DNA of 32,000 nucleotides from Nostoc sp. PCC 7120 = FACHB-418 (GTDB lineage Bacteria > Cyanobacteriota > Cyanobacteriia > Cyanobacteriales > Nostocaceae). Shown here one piece after another: positions 18,604 to 27,153 of the stretch. The notes below the pieces were generated by a model. It searched no databases and was not told where the DNA came from. It saw nothing but the letters and a program-made list of their open reading frames with translations. The stretch is taken from contig NC_003272.1 of NCBI RefSeq assembly GCF_000009705.1, forward strand, positions 3,600,001 to 3,632,000, written 5' to 3'. Position numbers and translations under genes: made by a program. How positions within the stretch are numbered: position 1 is the stretch's first letter; the number at the start of each line of letters is the position of its first letter.

Positions 18604-18723
18604 TAGGACTTACGCATGAAAACAAAAAATCAAGGTTTGGAAAGGGGTGTAGGGGTATAGGGGTGTAAATGTTTAACATCCTTACACCCAGTCTCAACAG
18701 ACAGCGTGGGTGCGTAAGTCCTA
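18604..18723. mobile_element. MITE-like element, 120 bp, with perfect 13-bp terminal inverted repeats
   Basis: TAGGACTTACGCA (18604-18616) pairs with TGCGTAAGTCCTA (18711-18723). The internal hairpin is GGGGTGTAA...TTACACCC, followed by CAGTCTCAACAGACA. It begins 2 nt after the lepB stop. Related copies or fragments lie at 6990-7072, 7686-7797, 17899-17980, 24985-25020 and 29891-29927, and a solo terminus lies at 10782-10793. Confidence 0.55.
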
Positions 18724-18825
18724 ATAAATTCTCTAACAATCTGGCGGGTTTGATTGGTAATAGGTAATAGCTATTAAGCAATTGTTTTTACCATTACCAA
18801 TTACCAATTACCACAGTTATCATAA

Positions 18826-19359
18826 TTAAAACCTTAGAAAATACATTAACTGGGCGATCGCTTCACCAGGAAGTTGCAATCTGCGTTGGAAATCAGCTAA
18901 GTTACGATAAGCTCCAGCCGACACTCGATTGTCTACCACAGCCTGGGCTAAAGACATATCCATGTATGGTATTTGGGCTAACTGTTCAACTGAGGCGGTA
19001 TTAGGATTAACTAATTGCGTAAAACCAACTATTGATTCGTGGTCATAATAACTAAAAGTCAATAAAGGCTTTAACGGTTCTAGCCTTTGTGCTGGTAGCC
19101 CCAAAGCCGCAGCAATATCTTCAATACAGTAAAATTTAACACCAGAACGAGAAAGTTCCACTAGCGATCGCGCTTGGTGAATTGACAAACCTGGTAGCCG
19201 TAACCAATCATCAACAGTTGCTTGATTAGTATCAATACGAATTCCTAATTCTGCTGCAATCTGAATCTCCTCCCCAGACTGTAGTCGATAGTATGGGTCA
19301 TTGAGCAGCTTGGCACGAAGTTTTTGTAACTTAGAATTCCAAGGAAGCCATTTAGTCAT
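18826..19359 (-). CDS. ComEA-like helix-hairpin-helix DNA-binding protein
   Basis: There are two HhH-like segments: WLRLPGLSIHQARSLVE and NPNTASVEQLAQIPYMDMSLAQAVVDNR. Confidence 0.65.
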   Translation of the reverse strand: MTKWLPWNSKLQKLRAKLLNDPYYRLQSGEEIQIAAELGIRIDTNQATVDDWLRLPGLSIHQARSLVELSRSGVKFYCIEDIAAALGLPAQRLEPLKPLLTFSYYDHESIVGFTQLVNPNTASVEQLAQIPYMDMSLAQAVVDNRVSAGAYRNLADFQRRLQLPGEAIAQLMYFLRF

Positions 19360-19364
19360 TAGCT

Positions 19365-19431
19365 AGTTGTCAGTTGTCAGTTGTCAATTGTCAGTTGTCA
19401 TTCTTCCCCAATCCCCAATTCCCAATCCCCA
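19365..19431. repeat. Two adjacent heptamer (STRR-like) arrays filling an entire intergenic spacer
   Basis: AGTTGTC occurs five times with one variant (19365-19399). CCCCAAT-type units follow at 19406-19431. The spacer between the two minus-strand genes contains almost nothing else. Confidence 0.8.
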
Positions 19432-19806
19432 TCAAGAAATCTGATCTAGCAACTGACGGCGCTTTTGTTCAAATTCGTACTCAGAAATCAAGCCATCTTG
19501 ACGTAGACTATCTAATTCGCGCAAGGCATCAGCGATGGCCCCCACCTGATTCACTACATATGGGGATTGCTTGACTGCGGGTTTACCCAAATTAAAATTT
19601 CTGTCAAAAGCTTCTTCATCTTGGGCTAAATACCAAACCCCTTCAATAGCACTAGCTACCTTAGGAATAGGTGTCCAAGAAAGTAAAACATACAACAACC
19701 CCCAAAGTGGCTGTCCTAAATAAAACTTATGTAATCCAGAGATGCTCACTGTTCCAGCAAAGGCTAAAATAGCGGCAATGCTTCGACTTTTACGCTTAGT
19801 TAACAT
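19432..19806 (-). CDS. TM2 domain plus SHOCT domain membrane protein
   Basis: GLHKFYLGQPLWGLLYVLL is TM2-like. The C-terminal DGLISEYEFEQKRRQLLDQI is SHOCT-like. Confidence 0.65.
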   Translation of the reverse strand: MLTKRKSRSIAAILAFAGTVSISGLHKFYLGQPLWGLLYVLLSWTPIPKVASAIEGVWYLAQDEEAFDRNFNLGKPAVKQSPYVVNQVGAIADALRELDSLRQDGLISEYEFEQKRRQLLDQIS

Positions 19807-19917
19807 ATCCCCTATTAATCTATCATTACCACAGTTTTGTCAATCAGAGTGCGATCGTAGCAAAACGCCTAAATAAATACAGCCTGACAAAATTTCATCT
19901 CACCAGCAAAATATAAA

Positions 19918-20040
19918 ATTCCTCATCCCCTTGTGGGTGAGGAATCTGGTAATAGGTAATTGGACTATTACCCATTACCCATTACCTATTACCAAAGCGG
20001 CGGGGCGGCTATCCTTCACCTCCCACAAGGGGATGGAGTT
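19918..20040. repeat. Composite palindromic element
   Basis: The hairpin ATTCCTCA-TCCCCTTGTGGG-TGAGGAAT spans 19918-19945. GGTAATAGGTAAT (19948-19960) pairs with ATTACCTATTACC (19981-19993). TCCCCTTGTGGG (19926-19937) pairs with CCCACAAGGGGA (20022-20033). A related GGTAAT/ATTACC inverted array occurs at 18756-18812. Confidence 0.6.
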
Positions 20041-20172
20041 TCCCACCGCTTTTATAAATATATTTTATTCATTTAAACCCTACGTAAATATTAATCCCTA
20101 ATCCCAGTCCCCAGTCCCCAATCGCCACTTCTCGATGCTATCTTAAAGTTTTCATCTGCAAATCCTAATCAA

Positions 20173-21135
20173 ATGTCACAGACTTCTCTCCCCACAGAAT
20201 GGCTGAAACAACTCTCCGACCCCTATGCTGTGTTAGGGATTCCTGTGACTGCTGATGAGAAGAAAATTCTCACCCGCTATCACGTTTTAGCAAAACTATT
20301 ACATCCTGACCGCTACACTAACGACAATAGTCTAGAGAAAGAATTAGCCACAGCAACCTTTACCTGTTTAGTTAACCCTGCTTACGAGCAATTGAAGAAT
20401 AAGCACGAGCGTCAGAGCATTTTAGAATCGCTGCGCTCAGAAGCGATCGCCTGGAAAAAGCAGTCCTTATATCTGCAAAGTGCCATAGCCAAGCAAATGA
20501 TGGCAATGTCTGCACGAGAAGCAGATTCATTTTATCAACAAGCGATCGCTGCCTGTGCTGAAGCCCAGTATAAATCTCCGCGCAAGTCCCATCAAGTAAC
20601 TAGACAAATAATTACCCTCAATCTAGCTTACTTATCCTTGCAAAAGTCCGAACCTTTAATTTTAGAAGTAAATCCACCTGTCAAATCCAAGAGAAACCCT
20701 CAACCAGTAGAACCCCAGGAAAGAGAGATCACATCAGATGAGAAAGCTAGTGTCCAACCCGCAGTCATAAATTATGCTCCACGGCACTACCAGCGTGGCC
20801 TTCAGTATACAAAACAGGGTCAATGGGCTAGTGCTGTGCAGGAACTACGGGACGCGATTAAGCTAGAACCGAGTAACAGCGATTATTATGCCTTATTAGG
20901 CTTTGTTTATCTACGACAGAGTTTTGTGGGGATGGCAAAAGTTTATATGCGCCAAGCATTAAAACTAAATCCGCAGCAGGAACTAGCTTTAAAATATGCT
21001 CAATATTTAAAAATTGACTGTATTGATAATCTTGATCCACCATCACTGGCTAAAGCTTTAGGCATTGCTGCTGTATTGAGCAAATTTGTTACCAAATTAG
21101 AAGCTAACATCAGTCAAGTGTTGAAATCTCGGTAA
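20173..21135 (+). CDS. J-domain (DnaJ-like) protein with C-terminal TPR repeats
   Basis: DPYAVLGIPVTADEKKILTRYHVLAKLLHPDR contains the HPD tripeptide. The C-terminal AVQELRDAIKLEPSNSDYYALLGFVYL is TPR-like. Confidence 0.75.
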   Translation: MSQTSLPTEWLKQLSDPYAVLGIPVTADEKKILTRYHVLAKLLHPDRYTNDNSLEKELATATFTCLVNPAYEQLKNKHERQSILESLRSEAIAWKKQSLYLQSAIAKQMMAMSAREADSFYQQAIAACAEAQYKSPRKSHQVTRQIITLNLAYLSLQKSEPLILEVNPPVKSKRNPQPVEPQEREITSDEKASVQPAVINYAPRHYQRGLQYTKQGQWASAVQELRDAIKLEPSNSDYYALLGFVYLRQSFVGMAKVYMRQALKLNPQQELALKYAQYLKIDCIDNLDPPSLAKALGIAAVLSKFVTKLEANISQVLKSR

Positions 21136-21247
21136 AAAACCGTACTGAGACCGAAGTTTATTTATAAGATGAATCCCCTAGACTAGAATGAAAATAGAGG
21201 CAAAACTATAAGCTGCTGAGTGATATTACTCAGCCCAGTAGAGGCAC

Positions 21248-21571
21248 ATGGGATTCTTTGACTCTGAGATAGTTCAGCAAGAAGCAAAACAGTTGTTTGA
21301 AGATTATCAAGCACTGATTAAACTAGGCAATAACTACGGCAAGTTTGACCGTGAAGGTAAAAAGTTATTTATTGAGCAAATGGAAGCAATGATGGATCGC
21401 TATCGCGTCTTTATGAAGCGATTCGAGCTTTCAGAGGACTTTATGGCACAAATGACCGTAGAGCAGCTCAAGACTCAATTAAATCAGTTTGGCATCACTC
21501 CTCAACAGATGTTCGACCAGATGAATCTGACTCTAGAGAGGATGAAATCTGAACTGGAGAGACAGACTTGA
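21248..21571 (+). CDS. Conserved cyanobacterial small protein (DUF1825-like)
   Basis: 107 aa. MGFFDSEIVQQEAKQLFEDYQ... matches my memory of DUF1825, but this was not verified. Confidence 0.55.
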   Translation: MGFFDSEIVQQEAKQLFEDYQALIKLGNNYGKFDREGKKLFIEQMEAMMDRYRVFMKRFELSEDFMAQMTVEQLKTQLNQFGITPQQMFDQMNLTLERMKSELERQT

Positions 21572-21685
21572 CACTAGGGACTGGGGATTAGGTACTAGGA
21601 AGCAAGCACAGCAGCAGGGCGTACAGCGCAGGAGGCGGCAGGGAAGAGAAAGTGACCAATTCTCCCATCCCCGATACCCAGTCCC

Positions 21686-23608
21686 TTAATTCGCCTTAGG
21701 ACGCGGAAATTGGGAAGGCGGCTTGAAGTTTTGCACCGGCACGCCCTTGAGTGCCTTAGTCATAAAATCACGCCAGATGGGAGCAACCTTCCCACCACCA
21801 GTTGCACCACTGGCTAGTTGTCGGTTGTCATCTCTACCTATCCAGACCGCAGTTGTTAACTGCGGTACAGTACCCACGTACCAAATATCTTTTTCAGATG
21901 AGGTTGTACCTGTTTTCCCCGCAGATGGGCGATCTATCGCAGCACCTTTACCAGTACCATTAGTAACAACCGATCGCATCACATCTATAATCGCTGCCGA
22001 TGCCCAAGGATCTAACACTAGCTGGGGTTTGGGAGTATTATCTAATAACACATTACCACTGCTATCAGTAATCCGGGCAATAACGGTCGGCGGTGATTGC
22101 CAACCATAATTGGCAAAAGTCGCATAAGCACTAGCCATTTCTAGTGGCGTGACACCAATCGCCCCTAGTGGCAGGGAGGTCACAGGTTCCATCGGACTCA
22201 TGATACCCAAAATGCGGCAAGTTTCCACTACTTTATTCATGCCAATGGTTTTACCCAGTTTAATCACAGGAATGTTACGTGATTGCGCTAGGGCAGTGCG
22301 GATGGACATGGCACCGCTAAAGCCACCATCATAGTTTCTAGGACTATACCAATTATTACCATCTCGATACCTCACTGGGGCATCTATCACCGTGCTATCA
22401 GGTGCAAATTTCCCAGTAGCAAAAGCAGCATAGTAAACAAACGGTTTAAAGGAAGATCCCGGTTGACGTAGAGCTTGTGTAGCGCGGTTAAACTCACTAG
22501 CTCTAGAGTCTACACCACCGACTAGGGCTTTGACAAAATGAGTCCTGGGGTCAATAGCTACCAGTGCAATTTGATTTCTACTTAATCCTTCACCAAGTAG
22601 AGTTTTATGCCATTTCTTCACAGTGTCTTCCGCCATTGTTTGGAAATTAGCATCGACTGTAGTTTGTACCCGCATACCACCCTTCAGCAGGGTTTCACGA
22701 CCAAACTTTTTCGCTAGTTCCTGGGACACAGTGTTGGTTATATATGGCAGCGCACTACCTTGAAAAGACTTAATTCTACCGAATGTAAGTTCTTCCTTGA
22801 GAGCATCATCATATTCTTTCTGGGTAATCCAGTCCAATTCCAGCATCCGCCCCAGTACTTCTTTTTGTTTCTGCTGGGCTAACTTTTTGCTGGCAAATGG
22901 GCTAAATTCTTCTGGTGCTTGGATTAAACCCGCCATCATCGCTGATTCAGCGATAGTTAAGTTCTCAGATGACTTATTAAAGTAACTCCGTGCTGCTGTT
23001 TGCACCCCATAATTATTGTGACCCCAATACACTTGATTGAGGTACATTTCTAAAATTTGGTCTTTTGTGAGAATTTGTTCTAACCGAATTGCCAGTACTC
23101 CCTCGGCTAGCTTCCGAGTAAAGGCACGCCTCCGAGTCAAAAATAGGTTTTTCACCAACTGCATGGTGATGGTAGAACCACCTTCTTTTACACCACCCGC
23201 CGCTAAGTTAGTGACAACAGCACGCCCTACACCAGTGGGGTTAATACCGTGGTGATAATAGAAATGACTATCTTCACTGGCGAGTACAGCCCGTTTCAGA
23301 TTGGGGGAAATTCTATCTAAAGGTACGACTTCGCGGTTGGCTTCCCCGTGGACACTAGCTAGTAGTTTGCCCTTAATATCGTAGATGTAAGTTGTTTCCG
23401 ATGGGAAGAAATTACGTAGCTGTCTGACATCTGGTAAATTCCGGAAACTGATCGCTAAACCAACAAGCCCTCCGGCTACAATGGAGCTTGTCAACATCGT
23501 CAGTGATAACAGAGTGCCGCCAGCTATCTGGCCTACTCCTTTAAAAAACTCAAATCCCGACGAAGTACGACGTTGCGGTTGCTTTTGTTCAAAAGTCCTA
23601 GACGACAC
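21686..23608 (-). CDS. Class A penicillin-binding protein (PBP1A-type transglycosylase/transpeptidase)
   Basis: Glycosyltransferase motifs are EDSHFYYHHG and GGSTITMQL. Transpeptidase motifs are SSFKP, SRN and KTGTT. The start is GTG, followed by an N-terminal TM anchor. Confidence 0.9.
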   Translation of the reverse strand: MSSRTFEQKQPQRRTSSGFEFFKGVGQIAGGTLLSLTMLTSSIVAGGLVGLAISFRNLPDVRQLRNFFPSETTYIYDIKGKLLASVHGEANREVVPLDRISPNLKRAVLASEDSHFYYHHGINPTGVGRAVVTNLAAGGVKEGGSTITMQLVKNLFLTRRRAFTRKLAEGVLAIRLEQILTKDQILEMYLNQVYWGHNNYGVQTAARSYFNKSSENLTIAESAMMAGLIQAPEEFSPFASKKLAQQKQKEVLGRMLELDWITQKEYDDALKEELTFGRIKSFQGSALPYITNTVSQELAKKFGRETLLKGGMRVQTTVDANFQTMAEDTVKKWHKTLLGEGLSRNQIALVAIDPRTHFVKALVGGVDSRASEFNRATQALRQPGSSFKPFVYYAAFATGKFAPDSTVIDAPVRYRDGNNWYSPRNYDGGFSGAMSIRTALAQSRNIPVIKLGKTIGMNKVVETCRILGIMSPMEPVTSLPLGAIGVTPLEMASAYATFANYGWQSPPTVIARITDSSGNVLLDNTPKPQLVLDPWASAAIIDVMRSVVTNGTGKGAAIDRPSAGKTGTTSSEKDIWYVGTVPQLTTAVWIGRDDNRQLASGATGGGKVAPIWRDFMTKALKGVPVQNFKPPSQFPRPKAN

Positions 23609-23784
23609 GGCGATTTCACTTCCTCACTTGTAAATATTACTGTAATTCATTCTTTGAAGCAGGGCGGTTAATTTTTTGCAATTATATTAGTTTGGCAGAT
23701 GAAATAACGGACAATTTGTCTCGTGAACATAACCAACCCAATTTCTCTAGTAAAAAACGTAGTTAATAGCGAATCTCTTAAAGT

Positions 23785-24981
23785 ATGGCGGAAAATTTTT
23801 CTTGGCTACATCGTGGGATAGCGGAAGTTTTCCCACAACCTACTGATGCTGAAAGTGACATCGAGAGTCTAGAGAAACGCCTAGCAACTACGGATCGACC
23901 TCTACGGGTTAAGTATGGTATTGACCCGACAGGAGCCGATATTCATCTTGGTCATAGCATACCAATGCGTAAACTGCGAGGGTTTCAAGATGCTGGTCAT
24001 ACGGCAGTGTTAATTATTGGTGATTTTACGGCACGTATTGGCGACCCGACAGGTAAGTCTGAGATGCGTCGTCAACTGACAGAGGAAGATGTGAAGCAAA
24101 ATGCTCAAACCTACCTCGACCAAGTGCGTCCTATTTTGGATTTTGACACACCCGGAAGATTAGAGGTACGCTATAACTCAGAATGGCTTTCCCGGCTTGA
24201 TTTAGGGAAAATTACTGAGTTACTTGCCACCATGACCGTGGGGCAAATGTTAGCCAAGGAAGGCTTTGCCGATCGCTATAAAAAAGAGAATCCAATTTTC
24301 CTGCATGAGTTCCTTTATCCTTTGATGCAGGGGTATGATTCGGTGGCTATTGAGGCAGATGTGGAATTAGGCGGCACAGACCAGAAGTTTAACATTGCTG
24401 TTGGCCGTGATTTACAGCGACACTTTGGTCAAAAGCCCCAGTTTGGTGTACTTCTACCAATTTTAATTGGTACTGATGGCGTGCAGAAAATGTCCAAGTC
24501 TTTAGGTAATTACGTGAGTTTGTCTGAACACCCAGGACAAAAATACCAAAAGTTACAAGGCGTTCCCGATGTTCTGCTAAAAGACTATTTTGAATTATTG
24601 ACTAATTTACCCATTGATGCACTGCCAGAAAATCCGCGCGATCGCCAAATGCTCTTAGCTTGGGAGATTGTCAAACAATACCACGGTGAACAAGCAGCCA
24701 ATGAAGCTAAAGAAGCGGCTCAAAGTGGCGGTAAAGAAGGTGCAGTCCCAGAATTTTCTCTATCTAATGTCTCTCAATTCCCCGTCAAGTTAGCTTATTT
24801 ACTTGGTGCGACTGGCTTGTGTAAAAGTACAGGGGAAGGTAAACGGAAAATTCAAGAAGGCGGAGTACGCTTAGATGGCGATCGCATTTCTGATGCCGAT
24901 ACCACCTTTCAACAGCCAGATGAACTCCAAGGGCGAGTGTTACAAGTAGGGAAAAATAAGTTTATGCGCTTAGTACCTTAG
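23785..24981 (+). CDS. tyrS: Tyrosine--tRNA ligase
   Basis: It has the class I signatures HLGH and KMSKS plus a C-terminal S4-like domain ([16 protein letters not shown]). Confidence 0.93.
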   Translation: MAENFSWLHRGIAEVFPQPTDAESDIESLEKRLATTDRPLRVKYGIDPTGADIHLGHSIPMRKLRGFQDAGHTAVLIIGDFTARIGDPTGKSEMRRQLTEEDVKQNAQTYLDQVRPILDFDTPGRLEVRYNSEWLSRLDLGKITELLATMTVGQMLAKEGFADRYKKENPIFLHEFLYPLMQGYDSVAIEADVELGGTDQKFNIAVGRDLQRHFGQKPQFGVLLPILIGTDGVQKMSKSLGNYVSLSEHPGQKYQKLQGVPDVLLKDYFELLTNLPIDALPENPRDRQMLLAWEIVKQYHGEQAANEAKEAAQSGGKEGAVPEFSLSNVSQFPVKLAYLLGATGLCKSTGEGKRKIQEGGVRLDGDRISDADTTFQQPDELQGRVLQVGKNKFMRLVP

Positions 24982-25024
24982 AGGAGATAGGGGTATAAGG
25001 GTGTAAGGGTGTAGGGGGAAATTA

Positions 25025-25741
25025 ATGAGTAATGACAAAATAATTGTGGCTTTGGATGTGCCAGATACGGAGAGTGCGATCGCTCTCATTGATAAGCTAG
25101 AGTCGGTGACTTTTTGGAAGGTTGGGTTGGAATTGTTTACTAGTTCCGGCCCCAGAATTCTAGAAGTACTGAAATCTAGACAAAAGCGCATCTTTCTCGA
25201 TTTGAAGTTTCACGACATCCCCAATACGGTGGCTGGGGCTTGTCGTGCGGCGGCTGGTTACGGGGTGGATTTGATGACAATCCATGCTACCTCTGGTAGA
25301 GATGCCCTGAAGGCTGCAAAAGAGGCGGTAGAGGAAGGGGCTGCACAAGCTGGTGTGAAACCGCCCAAGTTAATCGCTGTGACGGTGTTAACCAGTATTT
25401 CTGCCAGACAGTTGGCGTTAGATTTGAAAATTCCTTCAGAATTGCCAGAATATGCTTTAGATATGGCTCTAATGGCGCAGGAGATGGGGTTAGATGGGGC
25501 AGTGTGTTCACCCCAAGAAGTGGCACATTTACGCCAAATTTGCGGGGATGATTTCGTGTTGGTTTGTCCGGGGGTACGCCCAACATGGGCAGAAGCGGGA
25601 GATCAAAAGCGATCGCTCACCCCCTCCCAAGCCATCCAAGCAGGGGCTGATTATTTAGTGATTGGTCGTCCAATTACTGCTGCTGCTGAACCTGAGTTAG
25701 CCTGGAAACGCATTTCTCAAGAGTTAACAACAGTGGTATGA
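25025..25741 (+). CDS. pyrF: Orotidine 5'-phosphate decarboxylase
   Basis: Motifs are [18 protein letters not shown] and DYLVIGRPI. Confidence 0.93.
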   Translation: MSNDKIIVALDVPDTESAIALIDKLESVTFWKVGLELFTSSGPRILEVLKSRQKRIFLDLKFHDIPNTVAGACRAAAGYGVDLMTIHATSGRDALKAAKEAVEEGAAQAGVKPPKLIAVTVLTSISARQLALDLKIPSELPEYALDMALMAQEMGLDGAVCSPQEVAHLRQICGDDFVLVCPGVRPTWAEAGDQKRSLTPSQAIQAGADYLVIGRPITAAAEPELAWKRISQELTTVV

Positions 25742-26454
25742 GGGTAAAAATGGGAGGGCATAAAGGGAGCAGGGGGGGCAGAGGAGCAGGGGGGGCAGGG
25801 GAAGGATTTATTACTCAGTACGCTGCTCAAATCCCGTTAACAGCACTCAACTTTGTTAAAAAGACAAGTTATGGTTTTTGGCTGCTGACCTTGGGTTTTT
25901 GGCTGATTGTCTCGAACAGTTCCGAAAAAGCGGCATTTTCACAAAATTTCTCTCCCCAACCCTCTGTACAACCTCAGAAGAAGTTTGTTTGTCATCAGCA
26001 AAGTTTAGAGACTTTTACTACTCAGTTATTGCGTGATTTACCGAGTTATGCCAATCGCGCCAGTCAACGCGGTCGCCGCCTCCGCCGCAGTAGCGATATT
26101 TATAGTTATATTTTGGTAGCTGGTAGACCTGAGTTTCAGCCCTTGTCCCTAAATCTTGATGGTTCTGGCACAGATGGACAAACAAAAGCTACCTCTGATG
26201 TTGAGCAAGTTTTCTTTACTACTTTAGAAAGGCAGTATATAGCTAAAAAAGCTGTGGAATTACAAGAATTTCACTGGCTATTACTGACGAAAACTTCAGG
26301 CGATCGCCGTTTTATCATGATGTTTACTCAGACTGCTGCTTATCCCCAACAACAGCCACCATCACCGCCACGAGATAGTAGTAACGGTAGTATTGCCCAA
26401 GGTATTAAAACTTGGTTACGAGATTGTCAGGCGGGAAGTATTCGTATGCGATAA
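25738..26454 (+). CDS. Hypothetical protein with a Gly-rich N-terminus and one hydrophobic segment
   Basis: An ATGA start/stop overlap with pyrF suggests translational coupling. I recognise no domain, and the start is uncertain. Confidence 0.45.
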   Translation: MRVKMGGHKGSRGGRGAGGAGEGFITQYAAQIPLTALNFVKKTSYGFWLLTLGFWLIVSNSSEKAAFSQNFSPQPSVQPQKKFVCHQQSLETFTTQLLRDLPSYANRASQRGRRLRRSSDIYSYILVAGRPEFQPLSLNLDGSGTDGQTKATSDVEQVFFTTLERQYIAKKAVELQEFHWLLLTKTSGDRRFIMMFTQTAAYPQQQPPSPPRDSSNGSIAQGIKTWLRDCQAGSIRMR

Positions 26455-26632
26455 AGAAGGAGAATAAGTAATAAGTAATAAGTAAAGGTCAAAACTCAAA
26501 CAATGTACTTTTAAAATATAAATATAAGTTCGCTTCCTAATTTGTCTCATGTCAAATCCGTTTTATGACTTTACTCTGCATGACATAATAATTAGAAGCA
26601 ATAGGTTAAAACTCATGTAGGAGGTAAGCTAT

Positions 26633-26848
26633 ATGTTAAAAACAATTCAAGGAATTTATAAAAACGGCAAAATTGAATTAGCTGAAACACCACAGGGTAT
26701 AACTGAAAGTTTAGTGTTCGTTACATTCCTAGAAACTAAACCCAGCCAATGGCCAGACATAATTATGCAATATTCAGGTGTGAAAGAAAGTATTATATTT
26801 GAATCATATCGAGATGAATTGATACCACCAAAGGAAATAGAACTTTAA
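26633..26848 (+). CDS. Small antitoxin-like protein (AF2212/DUF104-like pattern)
   Basis: 71 aa. The N-terminus IQGIYKNGKIELAETPQGITESLVFVTFLE is the pattern common in cyanobacterial VapB-type antitoxins. GGAGG lies upstream of the ATG. Confidence 0.55.
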   Translation: MLKTIQGIYKNGKIELAETPQGITESLVFVTFLETKPSQWPDIIMQYSGVKESIIFESYRDELIPPKEIEL

Positions 26849-26854
26849 TTATGT

Positions 26855-27066
26855 ATGGGTTATCTACTAGATACTTGCGTGATTAGTGATGTTGTCAAAG
26901 GAGAAGAAAACACCCTCAAGCAGATAAAATTAATATCTCCTACTGAAATTTTTGTTTCATCTCTAACAGTTATGGAAGTCAAATATGGATTGTTTTAGAG
27001 AATTATCCAACTTTGACACCACAAGCGGTGCAAGCTGTGTTTGTATTTGTTGCTGACAAGGCGTAA
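26855..27066 (+). pseudogene. Remnant made of a vapC (PIN) 5' fragment joined to a DUF433 3' fragment
   Basis: The ATG at 26855 gives MGYLLDTCVISDVVKGEENTLKQIKLISPTEIFVSSLTVMEVKYGLF, followed by a stop at 26996-26998. Only the N-terminal third of a PIN domain is present. A second frame reads ...VLENYPTLTPQAVQAVFVFVADKA* (to 27066), which parallels the C-terminus of the DUF433 protein at 666-896 (ILEDFPELTEEDIRACLEFAAD). Confidence 0.55.
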
Positions 27067-27153
27067 ATCTAAATTATTTAAGTTAAATTGCGTAATTTAC
27101 GGCTAAATCCGTGTCTTACTAAGTAAGTAAGATGCACCTCAACAAATTAGCAA

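Noticed and set aside
21723-23255. Several 60-128 aa plus-strand ORFs opposite the PBP1A gene
   Set aside because: They are antisense to a CDS that carries all class A PBP motifs. Their compositions are typical of shadow ORFs.
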